This document shows, piece by piece, positions 35,352 to 47,745 of a stretch of 64,000 bases of DNA (its first letter is position 1; each line of letters begins with the position of its first letter). Made by a program: the position numbers and the translations under genes. The notes under the pieces are model-generated. The model had not been told where the DNA came from and made no database searches. It saw only the letters and a program-made list of their open reading frames with translations. The DNA is from Asterias rubens. Taxonomy: Eukaryota. The stretch is from contig NC_047066.1 in the NCBI RefSeq assembly GCF_902459465.1, positions 11,160,001 through 11,224,000 of the forward strand. Direction: 5' to 3'.

Positions 35352-35834
35352 CGGTCCTACTTACTACTTGCCGTCAACTCGCCGACTTGCCGTCAACTCG
35401 CCGTCCACTCATTTTCGTGCCGTCAGCTCATTAAATTTACATGAAAAATTTATAAATGGGACACGGAAGTGTTAAGTCTGGGCTAAACTACATTTTTCTC
35501 ATGGTTTTCGGTAAAAATTCATTCACAAAAACGACTTTGTGTTGATAGAAAAAAAGTACCAATCATTGACATCTTGGCCTTGGGCCAAGACTAATCAATG
35601 TGAAAAAGCAAGATGGCGGCCGACGGTTTTGCTGTTTCGAGATAGTTTTTTTCACGAGAAAAAAACTCAATTTTTATTCCGAAATATGACCTAAAACTTT
35701 CGCGAATTCTCTTTGAGCTGATACTTTACAGTTCTATGCTTCTTTTGTGGGTTTTAAATGTATATTGGTGGAGTTGACGGCGAGTTGACGGCGCAAGTGA
35801 GTTGACGGCGAGTTGACGGCAAGTAGTAGGACCC
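35352..35834. mobile_element. Non-autonomous DNA transposon with 8-bp TSD and repeat-built TIRs
   Basis: AATAAATC on both flanks (35344-35351, 35835-35842). TIR GGTCCTACT..ACTTGCCGTCAACTCGCCG with reiterated GCCGTCAACTC units. Confidence 0.8.
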
Positions 35835-36144
35835 AATAAATCTAATTTATTCCGCAGTGCGCTAGATACCGATCTGTGTTATTTTCAAAACTTGTTAATG
35901 ATACCGTTGAGTTGGGGAACTTGCAATAGAGTCTATTTCTTCTTCCATGATGATACCAGCATCATCCCCTTTACAAGTCAACAGTCTATTTTATATTATT
36001 ATTATGGATTCTTCCTTCCACCATTTTTCAGAATCAGAATGCTTCTTGCTTGCACTATACCAACACCTACAATGTATGTTATTACTGTTCGTAAGTCCAT
36101 GGAGCACTTGCTCCATGGTGAGTCGTGCTATAGCGTACTACTAC

Positions 36145-36701
36145 TACAGTACAGAGTCTAACCCGTAATTCCTAGTGCATTGTCGTTTTTCATAGAATTG
36201 TCAGAATTTGTACGCACCGGTCTTCTCAGCGTCCGCCATGTTGTTACACTTACAGCGCTGCGTCAATGAAAACAACATGTGGAGACAGACTATCTAGGTT
36301 TGAAATAAATTAGTTGCCAAGTCATTAAAAGTTTTTTTAAAAGTTAACTGAATATCATGACTTTTTCTCTAATGTTCCCAAACTTGATTTATTCAGCAAT
36401 TTATTTTCCATTGAAAATGTCAGCGAAACTACGAGAACGACTATACAATAATAAAATTAGCACCTGTCGGTAGAAATTAAAAAAAATCCTCCAACTTAAG
36501 GAGTCTTTGTGCGTAGATCATTTTTAGACACGTTAAAAGTCCCGTAGGTAATGCGTTTTGGCTGCATTAGCTACCGTAGTTTTCAATTCGTGCCATGGCA
36601 GGAACTTCTAGCTATGCACGGAAAATAAAATCGAGCAACGGCCGGCGCGAATTGGTGCTATTACATAAATAACGGAAATACGGGTTAGACTCTGTACTGT
36701 A
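36145..36701. mobile_element. Tc1/mariner-pogo-like MITE
   Basis: Perfect 23-bp inverted ends TACAGTACAGAGTCTAACCCGTA / TACGGGTTAGACTCTGTACTGTA (TA TSD plus CAGT terminus). Confidence 0.8.
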
Positions 36702-37159
36702 CTACCTAGTGAGTACTAGGTACTAGAACAAGTGCCATCCAATCATAATTGCACATGTGCAATTGTTTGTGTGTACACAAACAAACAAGGAAATTGAACT
36801 TCCAGTTTCCTAAACTATACTCACTTACTGTCGTCAGTGTCTTAAGTTTCACTGTCGCTGTTTGTGTGTGTGAGTATAGGAGTGTTTCTTCGCAACTTGA
36901 CAACCGTCCCAACTAGGGGACTTTGAGGGGCACTAACCTGACCAAGGCCAAGACCAAGGGGCAACGAAGGCCATGACCTCTGTGGCCTGGCTACTTCTAA
37001 AACTTTGAGGTTCGTTCTGCTATTGTTTCCACTAACGAATACCTCATAGTTCTACTTCTAGTAGTAAATAGAAAGAATTACAAGAATTTGAACTAACCTA
37101 ATATTACATTCCATTTCAACACAGATTCTTCTCCTATGTAGATTACTAAACGTTGAATC

Positions 37160-40100
37160 ATGGCAGGGGAGACTGAATATGAAGGGGAATCGTCCACGTC
37201 GATACCGATGCTTCTTGTTAATGCGGCCTTCGAGTATGACACCCAGAAGATTGTTCACATCAAGAATAAGAAGATTGGATTCCTAAATCGTCTTATGCAG
37301 CTTGCCATCATTGGCTACATCATTGGGTGAGTATTTACTCATGGAAGTGTTAGGTTAATTATAAATGTTGAATTGGCATCGGATTCGGAGAAAAGGAATA
37401 CTAATTTGGTTTAACCCTTACACCCTCTAAATGCCCCACAGGTACCCATTTTTACCCCCGTTGAAGAGAAGCAATAAAACATCTTGCTCAAGGACAAGTG
37501 TCATGACCGGGATTTGAACCCACACTACGGTGACTTAACCACCAGGGCCCAATTTCATAGAGCTGCTAAGCACACAACTTTACTTAGCATGCAATTGTTG
37601 CCTTGATAAAAACAGGATTACCAAACAAATTTCCATATGGTTTTCAGGATAAGCATACAATGGCTGAACACCAGTAGCGATAAGCAAGAAATGGAAATTT
37701 GGTTGGTAATCTTGTTTTTTTCAAGGAAGAAATTTCATGCTTAGCAAATTTTCGTGCTTAGCAGCTCTATGAAATTGGGCCCTGAACTTGAATTTGATGC
37801 TTTAAAAAACAACTCAGCCATGTCACCCTACCCATGTAAATGTATTGGAACACTTAGTAGGGGATAATATTTTACAAAACATTTAACACTTGATACAATT
37901 TCATTTTTCAGGTATGCCATTGTTTACAAGAAAGGATACCAGTCAACGGATATTGTTGTAAGTTCCGTCACATCCAAGATGAAGGGTGTCTCCTATACCA
38001 ACATCAGCGGCCTACCAGATCTAAACATCGATGAAAACGAGACTGCTCCATACAATAGGATATGGGATGTTTCAGACTATGTCATACCTCCCCAGGTAAT
38101 AGCACTCGGACCTAATGCTAAACAATAAAGCTATTTAAGGTACTGGATACTACCGGTAACTACACCAAATAATTGTTAGTACAAAAACTTACCTGATTAC
38201 AAGCAATGGAGAGCTGTTGATAGTAAAACCTATTGTGAGAAACAGCTCCCTCTGAAGTAATGTAGTTTTTGAGAAAGAGGTAAATTCTCACTATTATATA
38301 AAAACTTTGTTTAGTCATGGTTTAAACTCAACAACAGTCGGTGACTGAAGTAAAGTGTTTAGAAAAGCCTGCTTGAACTGGTCTGTAATTTTGTGATTGT
38401 TTGTGTTTTGTCCCCTCAGCAATCTGATGCTTTTTTTGTGATGACCAACATGATTATTACGCCCAACCAAAAAAGAGGAAAATGTGCTGAGGTAAGAATT
38501 CATTTCGTTTGCAAACTACTATTTATTATCAAGTTTTAGCAGTTCGTTTCTTTGTAGGATGAAAAACAGTTGTGCCCCAATTTCATGGTTCTCGACCGCC
38601 GAATGAATTCTGTGCTTACAATCACCCTTCTCCGCTTAGGTGCAAGCACAAGCCAAAATTTCATGCTAACCCGTGAAATACGCTTGATGTAAGCACAGAA
38701 TTCCCTACTTCCACAAGCGTCTTTTCTTTGCTTACGGTAAGCAGAGCAATGAAATTGGGCCCAGTTGTGAAATCAACTAAGTATAGCACTGATGACTTAT
38801 CACACATTGATGTAGGTATAAAACCTCAATAATCGTGGTTCTTTGTTGGTTCTTTGTAGGATCCAGATATGTTCAATGTTAGTTGTTCGCCATCTGCCCA
38901 ACAATGCCAAAAGGGAGTTCCAGTTCCCAACGGAAATGGTAAAGTATGAAATAAGACGAATCTCATCTAAACAAAAATGTATTCTTATTGGTGACTCAAG
39001 TGAGTATAATTTGATTTTACCCTTATACACCGATGTGTGTAAGCACTGTATACTCGGTACCTTCCCGAGTTCTGTAAATCTTAAATCGCTGCGGTAGCCC
39101 CTGCTAAAATATAGGATTCATTATTCCTTAGCTTCCGGGCAATCTTGATGGCCTAGTTGGTAAGACATTTGCTCTAGAATGGGACAGGTTGTGGGTTCGA
39201 ATCCCACCCGAGAAGTACGCATGTGAATTTCTTTGGGGTTGGATAGTTCAGTGTTAGAAAGTGTCTCCAGGCCTGGATGCTTCGTTTTTAAAATGGCAAG
39301 GGTACCAGAGCACTTTATCATTGGTAAAGGGCAACCTAAATTTCTACTGATGCATTTCAAGGGCACAAAGGCAATGACCAGACCAGGGGGCATGGAGGCA
39401 ATCGCCTTTGGTGTCCCTGTTTTGTTTTGTTGTTTTTTGTTTGAAGTATGGACTTGTGAAAAAGCTGACAGAAATTTTATTCCCATCCTCTAGTTTTCAG
39501 TTGAGACACCCATACAACCAACTTGTGAAGAAGATAATAATATTATAATATATATATATTTTTATTTTTTTTATATATTTTTTATAATAGATGTTAAATT
39601 TGCATCTGGGATAAAGAATATTAATTTTTGGTTTTTACCCATATACACCAATGTAGCACTGTATACTCAGTACTTTCCCAAGTCCTGTGAAAAAAACAAT
39701 TTTAATAAAAAAAGTTACTGCTTTTATCAGTACAGTTTATGTAATGATATGTTTTATTTTTGATGTGTTTTCCAATGCTGCAGGAGTCCAAACTGGGGAG
39801 TGTGGTAACTTCACATTCCCAAATGGTAGCACAACTCATACATGTGAGATCTTTGCCTGGTGTCCAGTGGAGTATGACGTAAACCCAACGTAAGTCCACT
39901 GGCCAGCTCTTTATATTTTACAGTTATAGAGAAAAGAACCCAACAACCGATTTCATGAATCTAAAGTTAGAACGAGTAACCCGTCCTAACTTAGTATTGG
40001 TTTAATGTGTCCTAACGTTTATGCATACGAAACTCGTCCTAAGTGCTAAGATTAATCTAAGTTGGGAAGAGTTTGGTGAAACCGACAACAGACTCCCTGT

Positions 40101-43100
40101 GTAGAGAATGTGAAGATTAATGTTTTTGTTTACAAAAGAAAACAAGGGGTAGGCTAGGGGTAGAGATAAGGGGCTGATTTTAATCGTCAGAGGTCGGAAA
40201 CTCAAAAGACTTGAAGAATTTGAAGATGGGACGAGGGAGTAATTTAAGGGGGATATCTGTCGGGGAAAAAAGGTGAAGGCAAAGAAGGGTGGTAACAATA
40301 TGAAATTGTGAAATTATCCTAATTGATTTACAGGCAGAGTGAGCCGGTGCTGAATGATGCTCGAGACTTCACTGTTCTCATTAAGAACACGGCTACGTAT
40401 CCAAAGTTCAATTTCTCAAAGTAAGTACTCATCAGTATTTGGAGATTCTGGTTATGGGAAATTCATGTAATGAGGGCCATGACAGGGATTCAAACCCACG
40501 CTCTGATGACCCATCCATTGGAAATTTAGTACAGCTTGATTGTTAGTTTGGTCATTTGTTTGCTTTATGTCTCATTGGTTTTAAAGGAACATGACAGAAT
40601 TGGTTTTTGCTAACCAAACAGTTGCTGGTAGTGTAAGTACTTTATGTAATCCAACATATGCATAAACTGAAAAGCCTGTAGAAATTTGAGATCGATCGAC
40701 CATCTGGGTTACGAATTAATAGTGAAAAACCGATAACACATTTTTGCATGGCATCGATGCAAAAAGAAAAATGAATAAAACGCTCACTGAGCGATAAACT
40801 CCAAACACGAAATAAGATTATTTATTTCTCAACTAATATGACATTTCAGACAATGATATTTCATGGAATGTGTTCTACTATAGACCGTGTAAGTTTTATG
40901 TTAATCTGTGATCTTCACGATTTTTTTGTTTCTTACCAATTCTGTAACATTCCTTTAACATTTTGTATTGACGTTTCTTTTGCAGGAGAAATATTCTTGA
41001 AAGTTCCAATAAAACTTATCTTCAGAAGTGTAAGTACAACAGCCATACAGATCCATACTGTCCGATCTTCAGGTTGGGAGACATCGTCCATGAGACGGGG
41101 GAGGACTTTAAAACAATGGCGTATAGTGTGAGTACTTAAAGACACTGGACACTATAGGTAATTGTCAAAGACCAGTCTTCTCACTTTGTGTATCTCAACA
41201 TATATGCATAAAATAATAAACCTGTGAAAATTTAAGCTCAATCAGTCAATGTAGTTGCGAGATAGTAATGAAAGAAAAAACACCCTTGTCACACGGAAAT
41301 GTGTGCTTTCAGATGCTTGATTTCGAGACCTCAAATTCCAAACCTGAGGTCTCAAAATCAAGTTCGCGGAAAATTACTTCTTTCTCGAAAACTACGTTAC
41401 CTCAGAGGGAGCCGTTTCTCACAATGTTGTGTACTATCAACCTCTCCCCATTATTTGTTACCAAGTAAGATTTTATGCTAATAATTATTTTGAGTATTTA
41501 CCAATAGTGTCCACTGCCTTTAAAAGTATTTTACGGATTGAAAGAACTGACAAATTAGTCCAGTTCATGTTTTGTGTTGTAACCGTATCCTTCGCAATTC
41601 AGCTCCTCAGCTTTGAGTAGGGATGCTTAACTTTCAAAATTTGTTTTCAGTACCCGCTGCTAACACATAGGATTGAACATGCCTCTAGCCACCAGTCTAG
41701 CTTGGCGGTCTAGTGGTAAGACATCTGCTCTAGCAAATGGGTATTACAGAACTCCGGAAAGTAATGAATATACAGTGCTTTTATCGGTGTACGGGTAATT
41801 GCAATTAGAATTCGTCCTGCCTCTAGCCATCGGGCTAGCGCATTGGTCTAGTGGTAAGACATCTGCTCTAGCAATGCAAAGGTCGTTTGTTAGGATCCAA
41901 CCCGAGTGATTTGCCTGTTTGTTTTATGGAACTAGGGGAAAACACCGAGTTTACAGTGCTTACTCATATCGGTGTAAGGGTAAGATAAAAATAACAAATT
42001 TGTATTATGAATTATTATATAATTTGTTTTATTTTTTACATCAGGGAGGAGTTGTAGCAATCTCTATCAACTGGGATTGTAATTTGGATTATAGTCAGAA
42101 AGAATGTCGTCCTGTTTATACATTTGCAAGACTGGATAATAAGGATGCCAAACTGGCAAAGGGCTATAACTTCAGGTAAGTCTGTCAAACCAGAACCCAT
42201 TACAGCGTCATTGCAGCCAAATCAAGGCAGGGTTGCCCTTTATTTCAATTGCTGAAGGTGTGCTATATGCTGGTATTTACTTTAAAGGGTTTGGGTTCTT
42301 TTCGTATCACACAAACATCCACAGACTTACATTAAACTAACATGATTTAATAATAATGATGGCAGAAAATTTCCCTTGAATTATTACTCGCCGAGGTGCT
42401 GTAGTTTTGAGAAATGAGTAAGACAATTTCACAAAAACCATGTAGCATCTACAATGGATTTACTTGACTCTCCTGACTCTCCTGAAAACATTGCTGAATC
42501 TTCTTGATTTCGCAAACAAAATATTTCCCGGAGGAAAATGGAGTTAGGATGGAGTTAGCCTCCAAGTGAGACTCTGCTAGGGTTTATCGTCGGGCAATAT
42601 TTTTTCCATTTATACCATTGGTAATTTTGTTTGGTATGCAGTTTGCAACCGCTAATTCTATTTTCTCGTTCCATGGTCTTTTTGTGTTTGCAGATATTCC
42701 CACTACTACCAGGACACTGGAGGTGCTGATTCACGTACATTATACAAGGCCTATGGTATTCTCTTTAAGATCATTGTTACAGGCACTGCAAGAAAGTTTG
42801 ACTTTGTACCTCTGATGCTGAATATAGGATCTGGCTTAGCGCTGCTGACCATGGTTGGTACTTTTTGGAGTTTGGGGACCGTACACCTTGTCGTGGTTTC
42901 TGGGGCCTTTCTTAAAACTTTGGTTTGGGCTCTGGCTTAAGCTTCTGCAGCCGATTTCCTGAAACGCTAGGATTAATCCTATATCGTGTTAGGACGAGTA
43001 ACCCGTCCTAACTTAGGATGGGTTCAATGTGTCCTACGTCTTTGGATATGGAACTTAACTCTTCCTAAGTCATAAGATCAATCTGAGTTAGGAAGAGTTT

Positions 43101-45385
43101 GGCAAAATCGACATCAGGCTCTGTCTGCTGATATTCGAAACACTTTGTGCAGTAGGTGCTGCTCCCAAAAAGCAGTTTAAAGGCCTGGCTGCGTTTCCAC
43201 TACGTAGGCAGCGCGTAAGCCTGAGCCGAGGTTTGAGAAAGGCCCTTGGTCTGGGACATTGAGGTCTCGGTCTCGGTCTTGGTCTTTGACTATTGAGTCT
43301 CCACTACAAAACTGCCCTATAAACACGCAAACTAACAGGGTACTTTTAACAATGGAACCAGTCTAAATGGAACAATGCTACCCCACAACAAGGTTTTCTT
43401 TTTTTAGTGCTACCCTACATATGATTTCTTTAGAAAAGGGAAGACTTAAGAAGAGTAACAACGGAAAATACACCCTGTAACTTTGTAAGGGGGTGTGTGG
43501 GGAGTTGAAGGCTCTGTTATTATCTATCGAACAGGCTTGGAATTTCATCTTTAAAGGGGCATGGCCATATTCATGTAACAAAGGGCACTTCCATTGAAAA
43601 AAAAAAAAAATGACAAACTTTTTAAGGTAAGCCATGGTCTTCAAGGCCTTAGGTTAGGGATACCTTCGTATTGTACATGTTCAGAGTCGATTGTGTTTTA
43701 TGGTTTTTATTTTTCATATGCTGTTATTATTTTTAATTTTACAGTCGACCATTGCCTGTGATATCATCGTATGTTACATCTTAAAGGGGCGCGACTACTA
43801 CAAGAAGAAGAAATACATGAATGTGAACCCTGATGATGACGCCGATTATCAAGTGAGTCAAATTCCTTCTTTGTCAAATCAATATGATAGATTCAGATCT
43901 CTTGTCTTTGAACCGGTTGGCTTTGGGATTAAAATCCCAGTTCCTGTTGCCAGTGCTGGATGATTTTCGGTCAAAAAGACTTCTTTTAACTCTTTCACCA
44001 TTCACTCTCGTTTTGAATTTTGAATGAAAAATCCTCAGCTTTTATTTATTTTTTTTCAAAGAAAAAATACATCAAAACTTTCTCAGCAAACAGAATTTAT
44101 CTTGCATGTTTGGTTTGCGGTAACACCATGTGTGTATCTACTTGCCAGGTAGACTTTGTTCGTGGAGAACTGTCTTGCTTTATTTTACTACCGTGGAGTA
44201 GATAATCGGGGGATCGGGAGACTTCTCAGTTCTGAAAAGAATTGTTTTGCTTTTTAACTGTTACCAGGGCGGATGGTATAGAAAATAGGCTGGGACTACT
44301 ACTTTAGCTTCGTGATTAACTGTACTGCCGCAGAGTCAGTTCTGAATGGGTCTCAATATTTTGACTTGCTTGCTTGAGTCATAGTCAGGAGACTGAATTT
44401 ATCTTGTTGATTTGTGTTGCCTTGGTACATCCCAAAGTCAATAGAATTTCTTGAGTGATAGTGCCCTTTTGTGATAGCATGTATGTTATTGGTCGTACAT
44501 GTACGACCAATAACAATTCTTGAGTACATACAAAAAACCTGTACATGTACGTAAATGGCACTTTTGGGAATACATAAAATTGAGCGTACATAAACGTCCT
44601 TGTCACTGAAAAAGCTAATAGCCGCTAATAATTTGTTTTGATAATGAAACTCTGTTCAGACACCCACATTGAGAACATTATTATCCTGAAAGACCTTCAC
44701 AATTAATCTTCATTTGCTACTCAACATGAGCAATCACTATGCACAATCAGTCCAAATATTTGTTGCTGTGCAGAAATTTCTCTGGATGCACTCGCTCTTA
44801 GAGTCCACCAGACATGCCAGGGCTAGAATTGGGGGAGGGGGTGGGGAACTAAGCTTGTAGCTGCACCAGAATTTAGTGTGCAAGACCAGAAATGATATGA
44901 GAAGAGAAAATGCCTACATGTACAAAGTTTAAAGGCAGTGGACTCTATTTGTAATTACTCAAAATAGTTTTTAGCATAAAAACTTGCTCGGTAACAAGTA
45001 ATGGAGAGCTGTTGATAGTATAAAACATGGCTCCCTCTGAAGTAACAGTTTTCGAGAAAGAATACATTTTTCACAAATTTGATTTAGAGACCTCAGATTT
45101 AGATTTTGAGGTCTCGAAAATCAAGCATCTGAAAGCACACAACTTCGTGTGACATTAGTTTGATAATCAACAGAATTATATATAATATCAGAGTGAAAGT
45201 CACCATTTCAACAGAAACACAAGAGTGCCAGACTTGTCCAGTCATGAGTTTACTGGCCTGGTGCTAAATTCAATCTGGCTTCTGGCCAGTAGTCTACAGT
45301 GGAATGTAAGTTAGATCCCTGTCCATGTTCCTTCAACTGATTCCATTTTGTGTGTTATTTTGTGTCATTTCAGGTCTTTAATTGA
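37160..45385 (+). CDS. P2RX: P2X purinoceptor (ATP-gated cation channel), P2X4-like, gene A; 11 coding exons, about 415 aa
   Basis: Exons 37160-37326, 37912-38095, 38420-38491, 38860-38938, 39784-39889, 40334-40420, 40986-41127, 42045-42175, 42694-42853, 43745-43852, 45374-45385 (last exon less certain). All GT-AG, in phase. Motifs FEYDTQK, VTSKMKG, 10 ectodomain Cys, [23 protein letters not shown]2 [16 protein letters not shown]. Confidence 0.93.
37546..37781. mobile_element. PIF/Harbinger-like MITE inserted in a tRNA-SINE, P2X-A intron
   Basis: 28-bp perfect TIR GGCCCAATTTCATAGAGCTGCTAAGCAC. CAG/CTG flanks. SINE halves on both sides (37497-37545, 37782-37828). Confidence 0.8.
38574..38761. 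mobile_element. PIF/Harbinger-like MITE (same family as 10319)
   Basis: CCCAATTTCATGG...GCAGAGCAATGAAATTGGGCC, with shared internal sequence. Confidence 0.7.
39020..39240. mobile_element. Repeat with long inverted arm and internal tRNA-like cassette
   Basis: TACACCGATGTGTGTAAGCACTGTATACTC arm; A box TGGCCTAGTTGG and B box GGTTCGAATCC at 39149-39204. Confidence 0.6.
40581..40958. mobile_element. TTAA-type MITE family D
   Basis: TIR TTAAAGGAACATGACAGAATTGGT / ACCAATTCTGTAACATTCCTTTAA. Fragment near 21500-21648. Confidence 0.75.
41136..41523. mobile_element. Kolobok-like MITE family A, 8 nt after a P2X-A splice donor
   Basis: GTGAGTAC|TTAAAGACACTGGACAC...CCACTGCCTTTAA. Confidence 0.85.
41680..41990 (+). 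mobile_element. Two tandem partial copies of the tRNA-cassette repeat
   Basis: GCCTCTAGCCA..GGTCTAGTGGTAAGACATCTGCTCTAGCAA occurs twice. Confidence 0.6.
42951..43112. mobile_element. Short MITE with (GT)CGATTTCAC-type termini
   Basis: Shared core GTAACCCGTCCTAACTTAG. Related copies near 39947-40086, 3600-3692, 27332-27420. Confidence 0.6.
44929..45153. mobile_element. Kolobok-like MITE family A, one-ended
   Basis: Left TIR plus about 220 bp of body. Confidence 0.75.
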
Positions 45386-45417
45386 AGAAACAAACAAGTC
45401 AGAACATCCACAAATAA

Positions 45418-45715
45418 GAGATGTTTAATTTGCATCGGGATAAATATTTTTGTATCCCTGATGCAAATTTGACATCTCTTTTATTGTTGCGGTACCCGCT
45501 GCCAAAACATTATGATTCAAACTGCCTCTAGCTACCGGGAAACCTCGGTAGTCTGGTTGGTAAGACACTGCTCTAGATTTGCAAGGGTCGTGGGTTTGAA
45601 TCCACACGAGTAACATGCCTGTGATTTTTTTTTCACAGAACTAGGGAAAGTACTGAGTATACAGTGCTTACACACAATGGTGAATGGGTAAAAGCCAAAA
45701 TTAATATCCACAAAG
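45418..45715 (+). mobile_element. tRNA-cassette repeat with terminal hairpin, just after the P2X-A stop
   Basis: Hairpin GAGATGTTTAATTTGCATCGGGATA..TATCCCTGATGCAAATTTGACATCTC (45418-45478); tRNA-like part 45542-45612. Another partial copy at 50175-50310. Confidence 0.6.
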
Positions 45716-46511
45716 AAATTCATCATAAAGTTTAGACGCAATAATCTGAGGGTCAACAGGAATCATCAGTATTCGTTTTTTGATACTGCTGAGTATTTTA
45801 TATTAAAAGTTAGTATAATTCCTCCTTTGTAGATTTGTTTAACTTATGAATGGCCCCCGGGTGTAATAAAAAACACTCAAATTAAATCATCAAGTAACAA
45901 AACCAGGAATGCATGTAAAATTATGCTTTGTACAGTGCGGCCCTTCCTGGCAAAATGACCCAACTCAGAAATTGTGTTTTTATATAAGATCAGTTCTTGG
46001 TAAATTGATGGCGCTTTTCAAGGTTCAAAGACATACCATGTATAGATGTGATTACAAGTGTCCTACATGTATCTTGGCTCTTTTTTAACACTTTCACCCT
46101 CTTTTATGGCAGAAAAGCTTATCTATGTACTTACCTTTTTCAAAATGTCCTTTTTTCGAGTTGGGCTGTTTTGTCATGTAGATTTTTTTTTTAAAACACT
46201 TTCGTGTATTATAATCTTTTCTCATTCCTTTTTGTTTTTTACGACTCTCCTTGATTTTATCATTAGGCTAAATAATGTAAATTGTGTAGATTTTAATTAA
46301 TGTGTGTATACAGAGTATATTTTGAAAATTTTATAATAAAGTAATAAATCTTAAATAATTGTTATAGAATCATTCCAAAATTGTAAATTAAGCTAGAAGT
46401 GCCAATTTTTATAATGTAAGTGAGCTATTATAGACTCAAATTAAAAGAAAAATGATTAGCACTATTTAGAGCATTGTGCTACTTCACCAGAAAACTATTC
46501 CTAACAACTTC

Positions 46512-47175
46512 CTGCTAAGCATAAATCAGCAGATACCTGCCACAGAGTCTACATAATGACATGAAATTGTGGCTCGTAACCTTAATCTGGTAAGCATGTT
46601 ATTTAATGGGATGTGCCTCCATAAACTGTAGGCCCTACCTGTCGTTTTTGATTATAAGTTTGGATGCATTAATTTGTCTGCTAAGCATAAATCAGCAGAT
46701 ACCAGCCACAGAGTCTGCATAATGACATACAATTGTGGCTGGTAACCTTAATGTGGTTAGCATGTTATTTAATGGGATATGCCTCCATAAACTGTAGGCC
46801 CTACCTGTCGTTTTTGATTATAAGTTTGGATGCATTAATTTGTCTGCTAAGCATAAATCAGCAGATACCAGCCACAGAGTCTGCATAATGACATACAATT
46901 GTGGCTGGTAACCTTAATGTGGTTAGCATGTTATTTAATGGGATATGCCTCCATAAACTGTAGGCCCTACCTGTCGTTTTTGATTATAAGTTTGGATGCA
47001 TTAATTTGTCTGCTAAGCATAAATCAGCAGATACCTGTCACAGAGTCTACATAAGGACATGAAATTGTGGCTCGTAACCTTAACATCTGGTAAGCGTGTT
47101 ATTTTAGTTGTACTTGGATAACGGGATGTGGCTCCACAAACATTTTTTACTATAAGTTTGGATGCATTAATTTGT
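46512..47175 (+). repeat. 166-bp tandem repeat, 4 units
   Basis: CTGCTAAGCATAAATCAGCAGATACC at 46512, 46678, 46844, 47010. Confidence 0.92.
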
Positions 47176-47191
47176 TGTCTATTCCTTTTTC

Positions 47192-47578
47192 TTAAAGGCA
47201 GTGGACACTATTGGTCATTACTCAAAATAATTATCATCATAAAACCGTTATTTGGTAATGAGTAACGGTGAGAGGTTGATAGTATAAAACATTGTGAGAA
47301 ACAGCTCCCTCTGAAGTGACGTAGTTTTCTAGAAAGAAGTAATTTTCCACGAATTTGATTTCGAGACCTCAAGTTTAGAATTTGAGGTCTCGAAATCAAG
47401 CATCAGAAAGCACACAACTTCGAGCGACAAGGATGTTTGTTCTTTTATTATTATCTCGCAACATCGACGACCGATTGAGCTCAAACTTTCACAGGTTTGT
47501 TATTTTATGCATATGTTGAGATACACCAACTGCGAAGACTAGTCTTTGACAATTACCAATAGTGTCAACTGTCTTTAA
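47192..47578. mobile_element. Kolobok-like MITE family A
   Basis: TTAA-flanked TIRs. Confidence 0.85.
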
Positions 47579-47745
47579 TGTGCTTTCATAAAGCTGAGTT
47601 CATTCAAGTGCCGAAAATTGCACAAAATTGATGTTGAATGGATGCAGAGATGCAGGCTACCAAGTTAAAGTGAAAATGTTGATATCATGAGCGTGCTGTT
47701 ATTTTTAACTGTGCTTATTAAAGCAATACATTATATACTACCCCC

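Noticed and set aside
39141-39213. tRNA gene, including an amber-suppressor-like CTCTAGA loop (also 45542-45612 and 25955-26043)
   Set aside because: Acceptor and anticodon stems do not pair properly and the copies are diverged and embedded in repeats, so these are tRNA-derived cassettes.
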